A stretch of DNA of 64,000 nt from a virus. Its lineage: Duplodnaviria; Heunggongvirae; Uroviricota; Caudoviricetes. The stretch's first letter is position 1; every line of letters begins with the position of its first letter. The DNA is taken from IMG/VR virus record IMGVR_UViG_3300028394_000043; one strand, given 5' to 3'. Below, piece by piece: positions 45,854-55,124 of this stretch. The notes beneath the pieces are model-generated. The model saw nothing but the letters and a program-made list of their open reading frames with translations. It had not been told where the DNA came from and searched no databases. The position numbers and the translations under genes were made by a program.

Positions 45854-46957
45854 ATGAAAAAAACTATAACAGAATCAGAATTAAAAGAACATATTCTTCA
45901 AATATATAAAGAAGAACAGGAAAAAATACTTCAAGAAAAATGGGATACATTATCTAAAGAAGATAGAATTTTTGTTGTTGAGTTCTTACGTTCGGCTTAT
46001 CCTGAAAAATCAAAACTTCTTAAAGAAGCTAAATGGTATAATACATTGGGTGACCTTGTTGGTATTTTTGACCCAACAGGTATTGTTGATGTTGTTAATG
46101 GTATTAGTTATTGGAGACAAGGGGATAAGTTATTTGCTATTTTATCTTTAATATCCGCAGTTCCAATTATTGGTGACGCAATTGGTAAAACGGCGATAGG
46201 TGTGATGAAAAAGGGTGGGGCAAGTACTAAAGCGTTTAAAGCAGCGGCCGTTGCTGGTGATGCAGCTAAGATTGCGGAAACGGCTAAAGCTGCGGGAGGT
46301 CCTATTGCCAAAATGGTTTCTAGTGCACCAAGTTGGGGGACTAAATTACTTAATATGTTAAAAGCGTTAATTGGTAGAGTACCATTTTTAGGTAGAGGGT
46401 TAGTTAAAGTTATTGAAGAATATATTCAAATTTTTAAAAGTGCCGGAGCAAAAATGGGTACTCGTTCAATTGAGTTGGCGAAATTAGAAGGGAAAACATT
46501 ATCTTCACTTGAAAAAAAACGATTAATAAAACAAATAGAAAAAGATACTGCGTTTAGAGGATTCAGAGATAATAAAGGTTTGGCGAACGCATCATTTATG
46601 TCAAAAGTTCGTGGAGGTGTTCCAAGATTGTTTGGTAACAGAGCAACACGTTCTTTAATGGGTAGAACTAAATGGTATTTAAGGTTATTAGATTTTTTAG
46701 GTGTTGCGAATTTTGTTGGTCCGGATGAATTGATGCAAAAATACAGTGATTTAGAAGAAAAAGTTAATCAATTTAATCAAACACCTGAAGGTCAAAAATC
46801 TTGGGCGGAAGATTTTGGTGGTATTATTAATGGACAACCAACGACAGTTGCTCCTGTAACATCGGCACCTGCCGCACCTGTTGCATCAACTGGTGGTGAC
46901 TTTATTGGAGACGCACTTAAAAGTATGTTTGGGACTGCGGTAAAGGCGGCAATATAA
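45854..46957 (+). CDS. Gly/Ala-rich hypothetical protein
   Basis: 367 aa. Confidence 0.45.
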   Translation: MKKTITESELKEHILQIYKEEQEKILQEKWDTLSKEDRIFVVEFLRSAYPEKSKLLKEAKWYNTLGDLVGIFDPTGIVDVVNGISYWRQGDKLFAILSLISAVPIIGDAIGKTAIGVMKKGGASTKAFKAAAVAGDAAKIAETAKAAGGPIAKMVSSAPSWGTKLLNMLKALIGRVPFLGRGLVKVIEEYIQIFKSAGAKMGTRSIELAKLEGKTLSSLEKKRLIKQIEKDTAFRGFRDNKGLANASFMSKVRGGVPRLFGNRATRSLMGRTKWYLRLLDFLGVANFVGPDELMQKYSDLEEKVNQFNQTPEGQKSWAEDFGGIINGQPTTVAPVTSAPAAPVASTGGDFIGDALKSMFGTAVKAAI

Positions 46958-46959
46958 TT

Positions 46960-48363
46960 ATGAAAAAATTAATAAATGAAAGTGGTTTAAGAGATATTAA
47001 CGCTCTCGCTAAAAGATATCCTAAGGCTGAAATATATTTTCACCAAGATTTAGATGGTGTTACGACAGCAATTGCGATGAAAGAGTATCTTAAAAATAAC
47101 GGTATTGATGTAATTGATGCTCATATCATCCAATATGGTGATAAAGAATTCGCTGTAAAGAAGAATGATGCCAAAGGGGACGTGATGCCTGTCTTAGTGG
47201 ATTTTGCTCACGGAAAACCAATGTTTGTGATTCATACAGACCACCACGATAGACAAGCCGGTGCTGAGGATACTAAATCAACTTCATTTAGAAGTTCTCG
47301 TTCAAATGTTGAAACAATTTCTCAAGTTGTATCTCCTAAAGATATATTTCCATCTTCAGATATCTTACTTATTTCAACGGTTGACTCGGCAAATTACGCT
47401 ATGAATGAAATTAGTGTGGACCAAGTTATATCTTATTTATTCAATGTAGATAAAGAAAAATCATTAGAAAAAAATAAAATGTTAATGGGTTTAGTTGTTA
47501 ACAAACTATTATTGGCATTTAAAAATAAACCAGGTTTCTTAGAAACTTTGGTAATGAAATGTACACCATCGTTATTGAATATTCTTAATACTATTAAATC
47601 AATAATGGTTGAAAAAGGTTATGCAAAACCGGAACAACTTGAAGTAAATAAAGATGAGTATGTTAAATCAATGCAAGACAGTCCTAATGTTAAAGTATTA
47701 GGTAATATTATCGTTCAATACGGTGGTGGGTCAATGTTTAAGCCAGGTTCTTATGATAGATATACACCATTTAAAAATAATCCTGAAGCTGACTTTTTAG
47801 TTATTGCTTGGCCATTAGGATTAGTTCAGGCATCTTGTAATCCTTTCAAAAAAGAACGAGAGTTAAAAGGTGTTAATTTAGGTGAGATAGCTCAAGAGGT
47901 ATTGTCTAAATGGGAGGACCAATTAAAACAACGTGAAATACCTCTTTCAACTATTAAATGGGTATCGGAAACTTCAAAAGATTTTAATGCGGAATCAATT
48001 GGGTTTACATTTAAGGATTTTGTTGCGTTATATGGTAAAGAATTTAAAACAATGGAAGATGGTAAAGAGAAGTTAATCCACATTGGTGAAATGATGGAAA
48101 AACCTTTTTCAGAATTACCTGAAGAACATAGACAAATGTTGGATAATATTAATGTGAATGTTTGGGATTTCATTCAAGCAAATAGTGGGGGTCACAAATG
48201 TATTACAAATATTTCAGGATTAAGTTACTTAGGTAGAGGAAAAAGACCACCAAAAGGTAGTAGTAGATATAATGAGGCGGAAGATTCTCCTTCAGTTAAG
48301 TTTACTAAAATGATTCAGAATGAGTTTGTAAAATTATTACAGGAGAAGATAAATCAATCGTAA
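46960..48363 (+). CDS. DHH-DHHA1 family phosphoesterase (RecJ/NrnA/GdpP-like)
   Basis: FHQDLDGVTTAIAM (motif I), VIHTDHHD (motif III), C-terminal SGGHK (DHHA1 GGGH-like). Confidence 0.65.
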   Translation: MKKLINESGLRDINALAKRYPKAEIYFHQDLDGVTTAIAMKEYLKNNGIDVIDAHIIQYGDKEFAVKKNDAKGDVMPVLVDFAHGKPMFVIHTDHHDRQAGAEDTKSTSFRSSRSNVETISQVVSPKDIFPSSDILLISTVDSANYAMNEISVDQVISYLFNVDKEKSLEKNKMLMGLVVNKLLLAFKNKPGFLETLVMKCTPSLLNILNTIKSIMVEKGYAKPEQLEVNKDEYVKSMQDSPNVKVLGNIIVQYGGGSMFKPGSYDRYTPFKNNPEADFLVIAWPLGLVQASCNPFKKERELKGVNLGEIAQEVLSKWEDQLKQREIPLSTIKWVSETSKDFNAESIGFTFKDFVALYGKEFKTMEDGKEKLIHIGEMMEKPFSELPEEHRQMLDNINVNVWDFIQANSGGHKCITNISGLSYLGRGKRPPKGSSRYNEAEDSPSVKFTKMIQNEFVKLLQEKINQS

Positions 48364-48719
48364 TGAACAATTTTGTCTCCGGACTTAATACCTAATTCTT
48401 TACAGGTACCACCTTGAAGTTCAAGTATCATATCACCTTCACCACAATAATTTCTACAATCTTTGGTTTTACAAGGGGGACAGTTGTGGTGAATTTTTGT
48501 TATAATATCATCTTCAATCATAATAATATCCAATGGTGTTATACAATTCTTCATCCAAAAACAGTGTTGTCCTTCGGACATAATAAATAACATACCATTA
48601 AAGGTATTATCAAATTTTTTGTTCATCATTCCTTGACTAGTGTCTTTGGATGATATAACAGTTTTGACTTTGAATTTATTTTTGTTTATACTTAATTCCA
48701 TATACATATAAATACACAA
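48354..48719 (-). CDS. DUF192-family protein
   Basis: FWMKNCITPLDIIMIEDD...ILELQGGTCKELGIKSGDKI matches DUF192 (COG1430) pattern. Confidence 0.5.
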   Translation of the reverse strand: MCIYMYMELSINKNKFKVKTVISSKDTSQGMMNKKFDNTFNGMLFIMSEGQHCFWMKNCITPLDIIMIEDDIITKIHHNCPPCKTKDCRNYCGEGDMILELQGGTCKELGIKSGDKIVHYD

Positions 48720-48730
48720 AAAAATATAAA

Positions 48731-49156
48731 ATGAAAGAAGTAAAACGATATTCCGGTGTAATTGTCAAATGTGGTGATGAGGTGTTACTATGTAAAAGAA
48801 ATGCTAAAGATTCATTACCTGGTCAATGGAGTATACCGGGTGGTAATTTAGAAAAAGATGAACATCCAATGGATGGAATTAAACGAGAATTTAAAGAAGA
48901 AACTGATTATACATTAGATAATGATTTAAAATTAGTTGGATTTGTTAAAAGATATAATCGTGATGGTTCAGAAGTAAAAGGTCTTATGTATGTGTTCTTA
49001 ATGGAAACAGATGAAAAAATCAATCCGGACTTGGAAAACGCCAAAGATGGTGAGGAACACACTGAATGTGGGTACTTTGACCTTGAAAATCTACCATTTG
49101 ATGATAAAACCGACCAATTATGTAAATTAATTAATAGAATCTTAAAGAAAGATTGA
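48731..49156 (+). CDS. NUDIX hydrolase
   Basis: Nudix box GGNLEKDEHPMDGIKREFKEETDY. Confidence 0.75.
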   Translation: MKEVKRYSGVIVKCGDEVLLCKRNAKDSLPGQWSIPGGNLEKDEHPMDGIKREFKEETDYTLDNDLKLVGFVKRYNRDGSEVKGLMYVFLMETDEKINPDLENAKDGEEHTECGYFDLENLPFDDKTDQLCKLINRILKKD

Positions 49157-49223
49157 TTTTTCTAATTTTATTGTATATTTATTTATTCAGCCAACAACCC
49201 CTTTCTACGGTTGGTATTATAAA

Positions 49224-49259
49224 AACCTTAACAGAGTAAAATTTGTTGAGGTTTTTTTT
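49224..49259 (+). terminator. rho-independent terminator (10-bp stem with one G-U, T8)
   Basis: AACCTTAACA...TGTTGAGGTT TTTTTTTT; its T-run supplies the TTTG of the next promoter. Confidence 0.65.
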
Positions 49260-49287
49260 GTTTATTAAAATAAAAGTATTATCTTTG
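49257..49287 (+). promoter_or_regulatory. conserved early promoter TTTTTTTTGTTTATTAAAATAAAAGTATTATCTTTGTCC
   Basis: TTTG-N19-TATCTTTG; near-identical 40-nt element at 51957-51990. Confidence 0.55.
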
Positions 49288-49307
49288 TCCCATAGAAAAT
49301 TAAACAT

Positions 49308-49583
49308 ATGAAAACAAATACTTACTCCGTTAGAATTGAGAACGAAAAGTTCGGAAAACTATTACACGAAACATTTGTGGATGCAATCCAATTCAAGTTA
49401 TTCTTGAAAATGGTTCAGGGTTGTCTTGAATTGAAAAATGATTTAACTTTCTTCAACGGAAGTGACTTCTTAATTCACGTTCCATTCAAACACTTGGTTG
49501 ATTCAATCATCGTAACATCAGTTAATGATTACGATTTGGCTGACCATATGAGAAGTAAAGTAGAGGCATTAGTAACTAAATAA
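49308..49583 (+). CDS. hypothetical protein
   Basis: 91 aa ORF with promoter 21 nt upstream. Confidence 0.4.
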   Translation: MKTNTYSVRIENEKFGKLLHETFVDAIQFKLFLKMVQGCLELKNDLTFFNGSDFLIHVPFKHLVDSIIVTSVNDYDLADHMRSKVEALVTK

Positions 49584-49595
49584 TAATAATAAGAT

Positions 49596-50099
49596 ATGAG
49601 CACAAATTATTACAGAATACCAAAATCAGGTGAGGTAAGAGTTAAATACCTTGACTTGGTTGATAAGATAAATGATTTGGATATATGGAGTCCGGAGAAC
49701 ATTTATAATGGTTTTAGAACCACAAATAAAGGTTTTGAGAAATGGTCTGCTTGGGATGAGTTCCTTGATGGTATGAAAATTCATATAGGAAAGAGAAGTT
49801 CAGGTTGGAAATTTCTATGGAACTTCCAAGAGGGTAAATACTACACTAGTAAAGAAGAACTATTAAAGTTCATTCGTTCAGGTAGAATAATTAACGAGTA
49901 TGGTGAATTACAGAATGTTGAAGAATTCATTGAGATGGCGTTGGAGTGGGGTCAACCTGATGGATATGTGTTGGATGAAAACTATATGAATGAACAAAGT
50001 AAAAAACCAGATTACAGACCAAGTTTCATTAATATGTCAAATTATTATGATAAGGAGGTTGATGGTCTTCGAGTATCATCAACAGCAGAGTTTTCCTAA
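49596..50099 (+). CDS. hypothetical protein
   Basis: 167 aa ORF. Confidence 0.45.
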   Translation: MSTNYYRIPKSGEVRVKYLDLVDKINDLDIWSPENIYNGFRTTNKGFEKWSAWDEFLDGMKIHIGKRSSGWKFLWNFQEGKYYTSKEELLKFIRSGRIINEYGELQNVEEFIEMALEWGQPDGYVLDENYMNEQSKKPDYRPSFINMSNYYDKEVDGLRVSSTAEFS

Positions 50100-50152
50100 T
50101 TCTCTTTAAAGATAGGATGGTGGAGTCGCCGACATTATGTCGGTCCAAAATT

Positions 50153-50179
50153 AACCCTCACATAATGTGGGGGTTTTTT
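50153..50179 (+). terminator. rho-independent terminator AACCCTCAC-ATAAT-GTGGGGG-TTTTTT
   Basis: Shares core with terminator at 53971-54005; preceded by CCGACAT-T-ATGTCGG hairpin at 50128-50144. Confidence 0.65.
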
Positions 50180-50210
50180 GCTTTCTATGATATTTATAAA
50201 TAAACTGAAT

Positions 50211-50540
50211 ATGAAAGAAATTATATTAACAGAGAAACAACTTGAAAAGTTGGTTACCAAAATGAAAACCATTACGGAAACTGACCACCAAAAAGGTTCA
50301 TATATGGCAAAACAACAATTATTTCTCATTGCTAAAATGACTCAAGCTATGTGGGAAAAAATGGAAGATGACGGTGATGACCAATTAGAAGATTGGATGG
50401 AAAGTAAAATCGCTCAAGCAGAACAAAGTATTTCATCAGTTGTTAAATCATTTATGTATGATGAATTTAAAAAAAATAATGACGAAGAAGTTGGGGGAAT
50501 GAATAAACTAGGTTATAGCGACCTTATAATAGGAAAATAA
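50211..50540 (+). CDS. hypothetical protein
   Basis: ATG MKEIILTEKQ inside track ORF 50178-50540. Confidence 0.45.
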   Translation: MKEIILTEKQLEKLVTKMKTITETDHQKGSYMAKQQLFLIAKMTQAMWEKMEDDGDDQLEDWMESKIAQAEQSISSVVKSFMYDEFKKNNDEEVGGMNKLGYSDLIIGK

Positions 50541-50541
50541 A

Positions 50542-51006
50542 ATGGAAAAAAAATTAATGCAATTCAAGAAAAAAGATATGTTTTTGAGAGAACAAGAAGA
50601 GCCGGAAACTAAACAAGAAGAAAAAACTGAAACAAGTAATATTAATAAATTAGTTTCTAAATTACTTCACTCTAGAATCCAAGTTCACATATTTCACTGG
50701 CAAACAAAATCGCAATCATCTTTTGCTGAACATATGGCTTTGGGTGGATTTTATGAAGGTATTGGTGATTTAACAGATGGTTTAGTTGAAAGTTATCAAG
50801 GTAAACACGATATCATTACAGGATATGATTCAATAAAACTTGAAGATTATCAAAGTGTGGAACAATTAATTAAATACTTCAAAGCGTTAGACCTTGCAAT
50901 TGAAAAAGAAAGAAAAAGTGTGAAAGAATCTTACATTCAAAATCAAATTGATACAATTCAAGAATTAATCTATTCTACGTTATATAAATTAAGATTCTTA
51001 AAATAA
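50542..51006 (+). CDS. ferritin/Dps-like four-helix-bundle protein (tentative)
   Basis: LVSKLLHSRIQVHIFHWQTKSQSSFAEHMALGGFYEGIGDLTDGLVE resembles Dps pattern (..Y.KTKN.HW.V.G..F..LHE.FEE). Confidence 0.4.
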   Translation: MEKKLMQFKKKDMFLREQEEPETKQEEKTETSNINKLVSKLLHSRIQVHIFHWQTKSQSSFAEHMALGGFYEGIGDLTDGLVESYQGKHDIITGYDSIKLEDYQSVEQLIKYFKALDLAIEKERKSVKESYIQNQIDTIQELIYSTLYKLRFLK

Positions 51007-51007
51007 T

Positions 51008-51928
51008 ATGGAAGAATTAATTAGACGTATATTACGAGAAGAACAAGAAGGACCTTTAACTAAAAAGGAAATTATGTTATTCAAGTATATTGATAAACAT
51101 AAAAAGGAGACTAAGACTAAACCGGAAATGTTAAAATTTCTTAAGTCTATGTTGCCGGTTCTTGGTTTATCGTCTAATCAGTCAAATTTTTATTATGAAG
51201 TTTATACCGCCAATTTCAGACCGGAAGGTGATTACGAAAATATAACCAAAGAAAACTTTAAGGATTTTAAACAATTCAAACAAAAGAAAGTTGCAAACAA
51301 TTCTGCTTATGAATACGCTTCAGCTAGAATGCCGTTCAAAGGTTCAAATGTTGAAGGACAATGGGATGTGAATAATAATAATGATTGGTACTATGTGATT
51401 AAATCGTATGGTTGGTATCCAGTATTCTTGTTCATTAATAATCAATGGTATAGAACTTTAGATACTTATTCTAGTTCAACAATAAAACAAATGAGTCAAG
51501 TCAACCCTGTTAAATTTGATTCAAACTTAAACTCAGATGTTATTGGTGTAACTAAGGGTGAAATAGAACGTCTTATGGATGGTCGTTATAATCTTGAAAG
51601 AGTTAATACGGATAGAGTTACAAACTTTGTTGGGAATAAAGATAGTGTAACTAACCAATCAAAATTAATTAGTGGTGGTTGGGGGGAAAATGCTCACAGA
51701 GTTAATTTTATGATTAACGATGTTGAAGAGGTTGACGGTAAGATTAAACTATATGTTAAAATTCTTAAAGCAGGTAAAATGGTTGATAGAAAAATGATTC
51801 CGGATTCCAACTTCAAAGACAACCCTGAACTAGTGGAAAACATTATGAAAACAATTAAACAAGACATACTGAGGACTTACCCAAAATACTTAACGGATGG
51901 TAACACGGTGATAGAATTAACAAATTAA
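51008..51928 (+). CDS. hypothetical protein
   Basis: 306 aa ORF. Confidence 0.45.
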   Translation: MEELIRRILREEQEGPLTKKEIMLFKYIDKHKKETKTKPEMLKFLKSMLPVLGLSSNQSNFYYEVYTANFRPEGDYENITKENFKDFKQFKQKKVANNSAYEYASARMPFKGSNVEGQWDVNNNNDWYYVIKSYGWYPVFLFINNQWYRTLDTYSSSTIKQMSQVNPVKFDSNLNSDVIGVTKGEIERLMDGRYNLERVNTDRVTNFVGNKDSVTNQSKLISGGWGENAHRVNFMINDVEEVDGKIKLYVKILKAGKMVDRKMIPDSNFKDNPELVENIMKTIKQDILRTYPKYLTDGNTVIELTN

Positions 51929-51932
51929 AAAA

Positions 51933-51959
51933 AAGAGGAACATTTAGTTCCTTTTTTTT
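51933..51959 (+). terminator. rho-independent terminator AGGAAC-ATTTA-GTTCCT-TTTTTTTT
   Basis: Seen directly; T-run overlaps -33 of next promoter. Confidence 0.7.
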
Positions 51960-51987
51960 GTTTATATAAAATAAAGTATTATCTTTG
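51957..51987 (+). promoter_or_regulatory. conserved early promoter TTTG-N19-AAAGTATTATCTTTGTACTC
   Basis: Nearly identical to 49257-49290 element. Confidence 0.55.
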
Positions 51988-52008
51988 TACTCACAAAACA
52001 GATATATT

Positions 52009-52755
52009 ATGACAACTACCACTACTACCACCGTTTCAAGAGTTAGAAATTACGAAGGTTCTAACCAATTTTTATTAAACCTTAAATCATCTTTACAAAG
52101 ATGGGGTCAATTAACACCAAAACAAATGGAATTTGCTGAGAAAGCACTTAAAAGTGTTAAAACAACGGTTAACGTTGAGACAATGTCAGAAGACTTACAA
52201 AAGATTGCTAAGTATGACGGACCAAACAGTTTTGTTAACGAAATCAAAAGTAAGTTAATTAAATACGGAACTTTGTCTGACAAACAAGTGAACGCTACGT
52301 TGAATCAAATTCAAAAAGATATTGATAAGGCAAACACTCACAAGTTGAGAATACCTACTCCGGGAGAGACTGTAACTGTTGGACTTAAGATTGGTCAACA
52401 AATGAAAGAGACTTATGGATTAGAATTTAACCCAATGATTATAGATATTACTAAATTGTTGGCGGTTTCACCAAAAGCGATTAAGTTTTCAGGTAAGATG
52501 ACAGTAGGGAGAAATAAAGTTTGTAGATGTTGTGCTAAAACATTGACTGATGAGTTCTCAATGTTAACCGGAGTTGGAAAGACTTGTGCTAAACATATGA
52601 GAATCCCTTACATCACTGACATAAGTCAAGCTGACAGATTCCGTGAGGATTACTTGAGAAGAGTTGAAGAGATTGGCGAAATGGAATTTTGGGTACCTAA
52701 GTCTCAGGTTAAGAAATGGGAAGGTAAGACAGAAATCATCTTAAAAATGATATAA
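52009..52755 (+). CDS. hypothetical protein with Cys cluster
   Basis: ATG MTTTTTTTVSRV (track start 51985 is TTG inside promoter); CRCCAK...CAKH. Confidence 0.45.
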   Translation: MTTTTTTTVSRVRNYEGSNQFLLNLKSSLQRWGQLTPKQMEFAEKALKSVKTTVNVETMSEDLQKIAKYDGPNSFVNEIKSKLIKYGTLSDKQVNATLNQIQKDIDKANTHKLRIPTPGETVTVGLKIGQQMKETYGLEFNPMIIDITKLLAVSPKAIKFSGKMTVGRNKVCRCCAKTLTDEFSMLTGVGKTCAKHMRIPYITDISQADRFREDYLRRVEEIGEMEFWVPKSQVKKWEGKTEIILKMI

Positions 52756-53090
52756 TGTCACAGTACTGTAGAAGACTAAACTCCTTGTTGTCTGAGATAT
52801 ACAAGGAGTTTCCCCAAATGAGAAGACACCCTGAGTATCGGTTCTATTATTTACATTGGGGTTATTCGGAGCCAAGGGAATATTTCTTTGTAGTGACCAA
52901 TAATATCCCGGATTCTAGAGAGGATGATTTATTAGTGTTTGTTAATACTACCGCACAAATATTTGGTTTTGTGGAAGGAGTGTTGATGACACCGGATGAT
53001 TTTAAAAAACATATTACAGATGTTATGGAAGAATCGGCAAAAGATTTACGTGGTAGTGAGTTCAAAGTATTCGGATATGAGGTGTGGTAA
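52755..53090 (+). CDS. hypothetical protein
   Basis: 111 aa ORF. Confidence 0.4.
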   Translation: MSQYCRRLNSLLSEIYKEFPQMRRHPEYRFYYLHWGYSEPREYFFVVTNNIPDSREDDLLVFVNTTAQIFGFVEGVLMTPDDFKKHITDVMEESAKDLRGSEFKVFGYEVW

Positions 53091-53148
53091 TTTGACTTTT
53101 GATTTAAATTGATTATACTATACAAACAAACAATAAAACAATTTTATT

Positions 53149-53586
53149 ATGAACATAAAGAAAGCTTTAAAAGAGAAAAACCGATTGGTTAAAGAGATTT
53201 TAGATTTACACACTAGAGTGGCAACATACAACTCGGTTGAGGTTGGGAATGTTAGACCCTATTCGGCTAAAGAATCAATGGAATTACTTAACCAAAAAAG
53301 TAATGAGTTAGTGGAACTTAAATCAAATATCCACAGAGCAAATGGACCGGTGTATGGTTACATTTTTAGATTGTCAGAATTGAAGTCTATGATTGCGAGA
53401 ATTAAAAACTTAGATTGTAATGAGGGGATTGTTCAGGATTACTACTCAAGAAATCGTGAGACACCTGCTGTGAAAGAGACGGAAATCTCAATTGTTGAGA
53501 GAGACGAGATGGTTAAACATATGGAAGGACAAATTGAAGAGATTCAAGATATTTTGGATAACCATAATCAAATCACCGAAATTTAA
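53149..53586 (+). CDS. hypothetical protein
   Basis: 145 aa ORF. Confidence 0.45.
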   Translation: MNIKKALKEKNRLVKEILDLHTRVATYNSVEVGNVRPYSAKESMELLNQKSNELVELKSNIHRANGPVYGYIFRLSELKSMIARIKNLDCNEGIVQDYYSRNRETPAVKETEISIVERDEMVKHMEGQIEEIQDILDNHNQITEI

Positions 53587-53587
53587 T

Positions 53588-53776
53588 ATGAGTGGTGATG
53601 TGGAGTTTGACGAATGTGATTTTTGTCATATAGAAAAACCGGTTGAGAGAACTTATCTAAGACCAACCAAATATGTTAAGCCGGAAAACCCTGATGAATA
53701 TTTAAAGTTGTATAACGAAGGTGGATATTTCATCATTGTTAAAACTTGTTTTGAGTGTGGGGTTCCTAAAGTATAG
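53588..53776 (+). CDS. small zinc-ribbon protein
   Basis: ATG MSGDVEFDECDFCH...CFECG; internal start of track ORF 53492-53776 chosen to remove overlap. Confidence 0.4.
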   Translation: MSGDVEFDECDFCHIEKPVERTYLRPTKYVKPENPDEYLKLYNEGGYFIIVKTCFECGVPKV

Positions 53777-53841
53777 TTCAGTGTCCGGAAGGAATATAAT
53801 GTAATATATATGGACTATTCCGTATTACCTACAAACTCATT

Positions 53842-53961
53842 ATGAAAGTCGTCGACGTTTTGATGATGATAAAGTACTCAAACCTCAACACTCAGCAGTT
53901 CAAAATTAATTTGTCAAAACTTAAAACTCTTTTTGATTTACTTATTGAACTTCCAACCTGA
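53842..53961 (+). CDS. small hypothetical protein (39 aa)
   Basis: Unlisted ORF MKVVDVLMMIKYSNLNTQQFKINLSKLKTLFDLLIELPT followed 10 nt later by a terminator. Confidence 0.25.
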   Translation: MKVVDVLMMIKYSNLNTQQFKINLSKLKTLFDLLIELPT

Positions 53962-53970
53962 CTATAACCT

Positions 53971-54005
53971 AACCCTCACTTAACAGTGGGGGTTTTGTTT
54001 TTTTA
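53971..54005 (+). terminator. rho-independent terminator AACCCTCAC-TTAACA-GTGGGGG-TTTTGTTTTTTT
   Basis: Core shared with 50153-50179. Confidence 0.65.
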
Positions 54006-54701
54006 GAATCTTATTATGTAATCTAAGTCAACACTTTCTTCTTCTTCGGTGTTATAATTAAAATCAAATACTACAGTTTTATCTCTTGAGACAAATTCCC
54101 AACTTCCTTGGGCTCCTTCATTATTTTCCCATCCTGCGTGACTACCGTTTAACATTGAATAAAGTAATTCTTCAATAGGTTTTGGTATATCATATCGTTC
54201 TCCACCAATCATCATATCATCTTCAATGTAACCGTCGTCACCTCCACCACTAAAATCAACGGTAGCATTTGCTCCATCAAGTCTTTCAAATAATTCTTCA
54301 ACAGCTTTTAATGCTTCCTCACCATAGCTAGATTCAATATCTTCTAAACTGTAATCACTACCGTGTGGTTCAGAACCATAAACAGTTTGGTAGGCGTTTA
54401 TTATTAACATTCTTTCTTTACAATCAATTTCAACTTCAATTCGTTGTGAGCCATCACATTCGGTAAATTCATCAGTAATTGACTCGTTATCAACTAATTT
54501 TTCAATAAGTTCATCAATTTTATCATAACTTTCAATAGATTTACGTATTTGATTTGAAGACCAATCATCGTCTTGCCAATCTCTGCTACAAGCAGATAAA
54601 TAAAATGTTGTAAATACATCGTCGGCACCGTTTGAACGGCAATAATATGCAAATACTTGTAAAGTTTTTAATTCTTCCGGAGTTAATTGTGGTACATTCA
54701 T
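54003..54701 (-). CDS. acidic hypothetical protein
   Basis: 232 aa, D/E-rich. Confidence 0.45.
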   Translation of the reverse strand: MNVPQLTPEELKTLQVFAYYCRSNGADDVFTTFYLSACSRDWQDDDWSSNQIRKSIESYDKIDELIEKLVDNESITDEFTECDGSQRIEVEIDCKERMLIINAYQTVYGSEPHGSDYSLEDIESSYGEEALKAVEELFERLDGANATVDFSGGGDDGYIEDDMMIGGERYDIPKPIEELLYSMLNGSHAGWENNEGAQGSWEFVSRDKTVVFDFNYNTEEEESVDLDYIIRF

Positions 54702-54723
54702 AAATCTTTTTACTATAAATATA
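54702..54723 (-). promoter_or_regulatory. late-type motif TATATTTATAGTAAAAAGATTT abutting ATG
   Basis: Identical core to motif at 8871-8889. Confidence 0.4.
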
Positions 54724-55074
54724 TTAATCTACATTAATATCTAATGTTCTAGTCATCCATACAGGTTTTTCCTTAGCATCTAATGCTAACATCCACTCTT
54801 TTGCTGATGGTACGTAATTAAAACAGTCCTCTTTGATGTGTTGTTCACCCACATAACGAGTATAGACGACTTTTCCGTCACTATTTATGAATGATGGGCC
54901 GAACTTCTGCTCCATCTCAAATATTCCTTCAGAGTGATGTCTAAAGACTCTATGTAATGAATGTCCATACCATCCTTTGGTTTCGTCCAACCAGTTATGT
55001 AAGTGGATATAATCTTCCCATATACCACCAAACTTCTTAGCGGAGGATTTTGAATGTAAAATTGGATGTGCCAT
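54724..55074 (-). CDS. hypothetical protein
   Basis: 116 aa ORF. Confidence 0.45.
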   Translation of the reverse strand: MAHPILHSKSSAKKFGGIWEDYIHLHNWLDETKGWYGHSLHRVFRHHSEGIFEMEQKFGPSFINSDGKVVYTRYVGEQHIKEDCFNYVPSAKEWMLALDAKEKPVWMTRTLDINVD

Positions 55075-55124
55075 TTCTATAGTTTTAACTATTTATAATT
55101 ATAATTTAAGAAACGAAATAATAA

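Noticed and set aside
53777-54002. tRNA or tmRNA in the longest intergenic gap
   Set aside because: No cloverleaf-compatible acceptor or T-arm (GTTCRANYC) pattern was found here or in other gaps.
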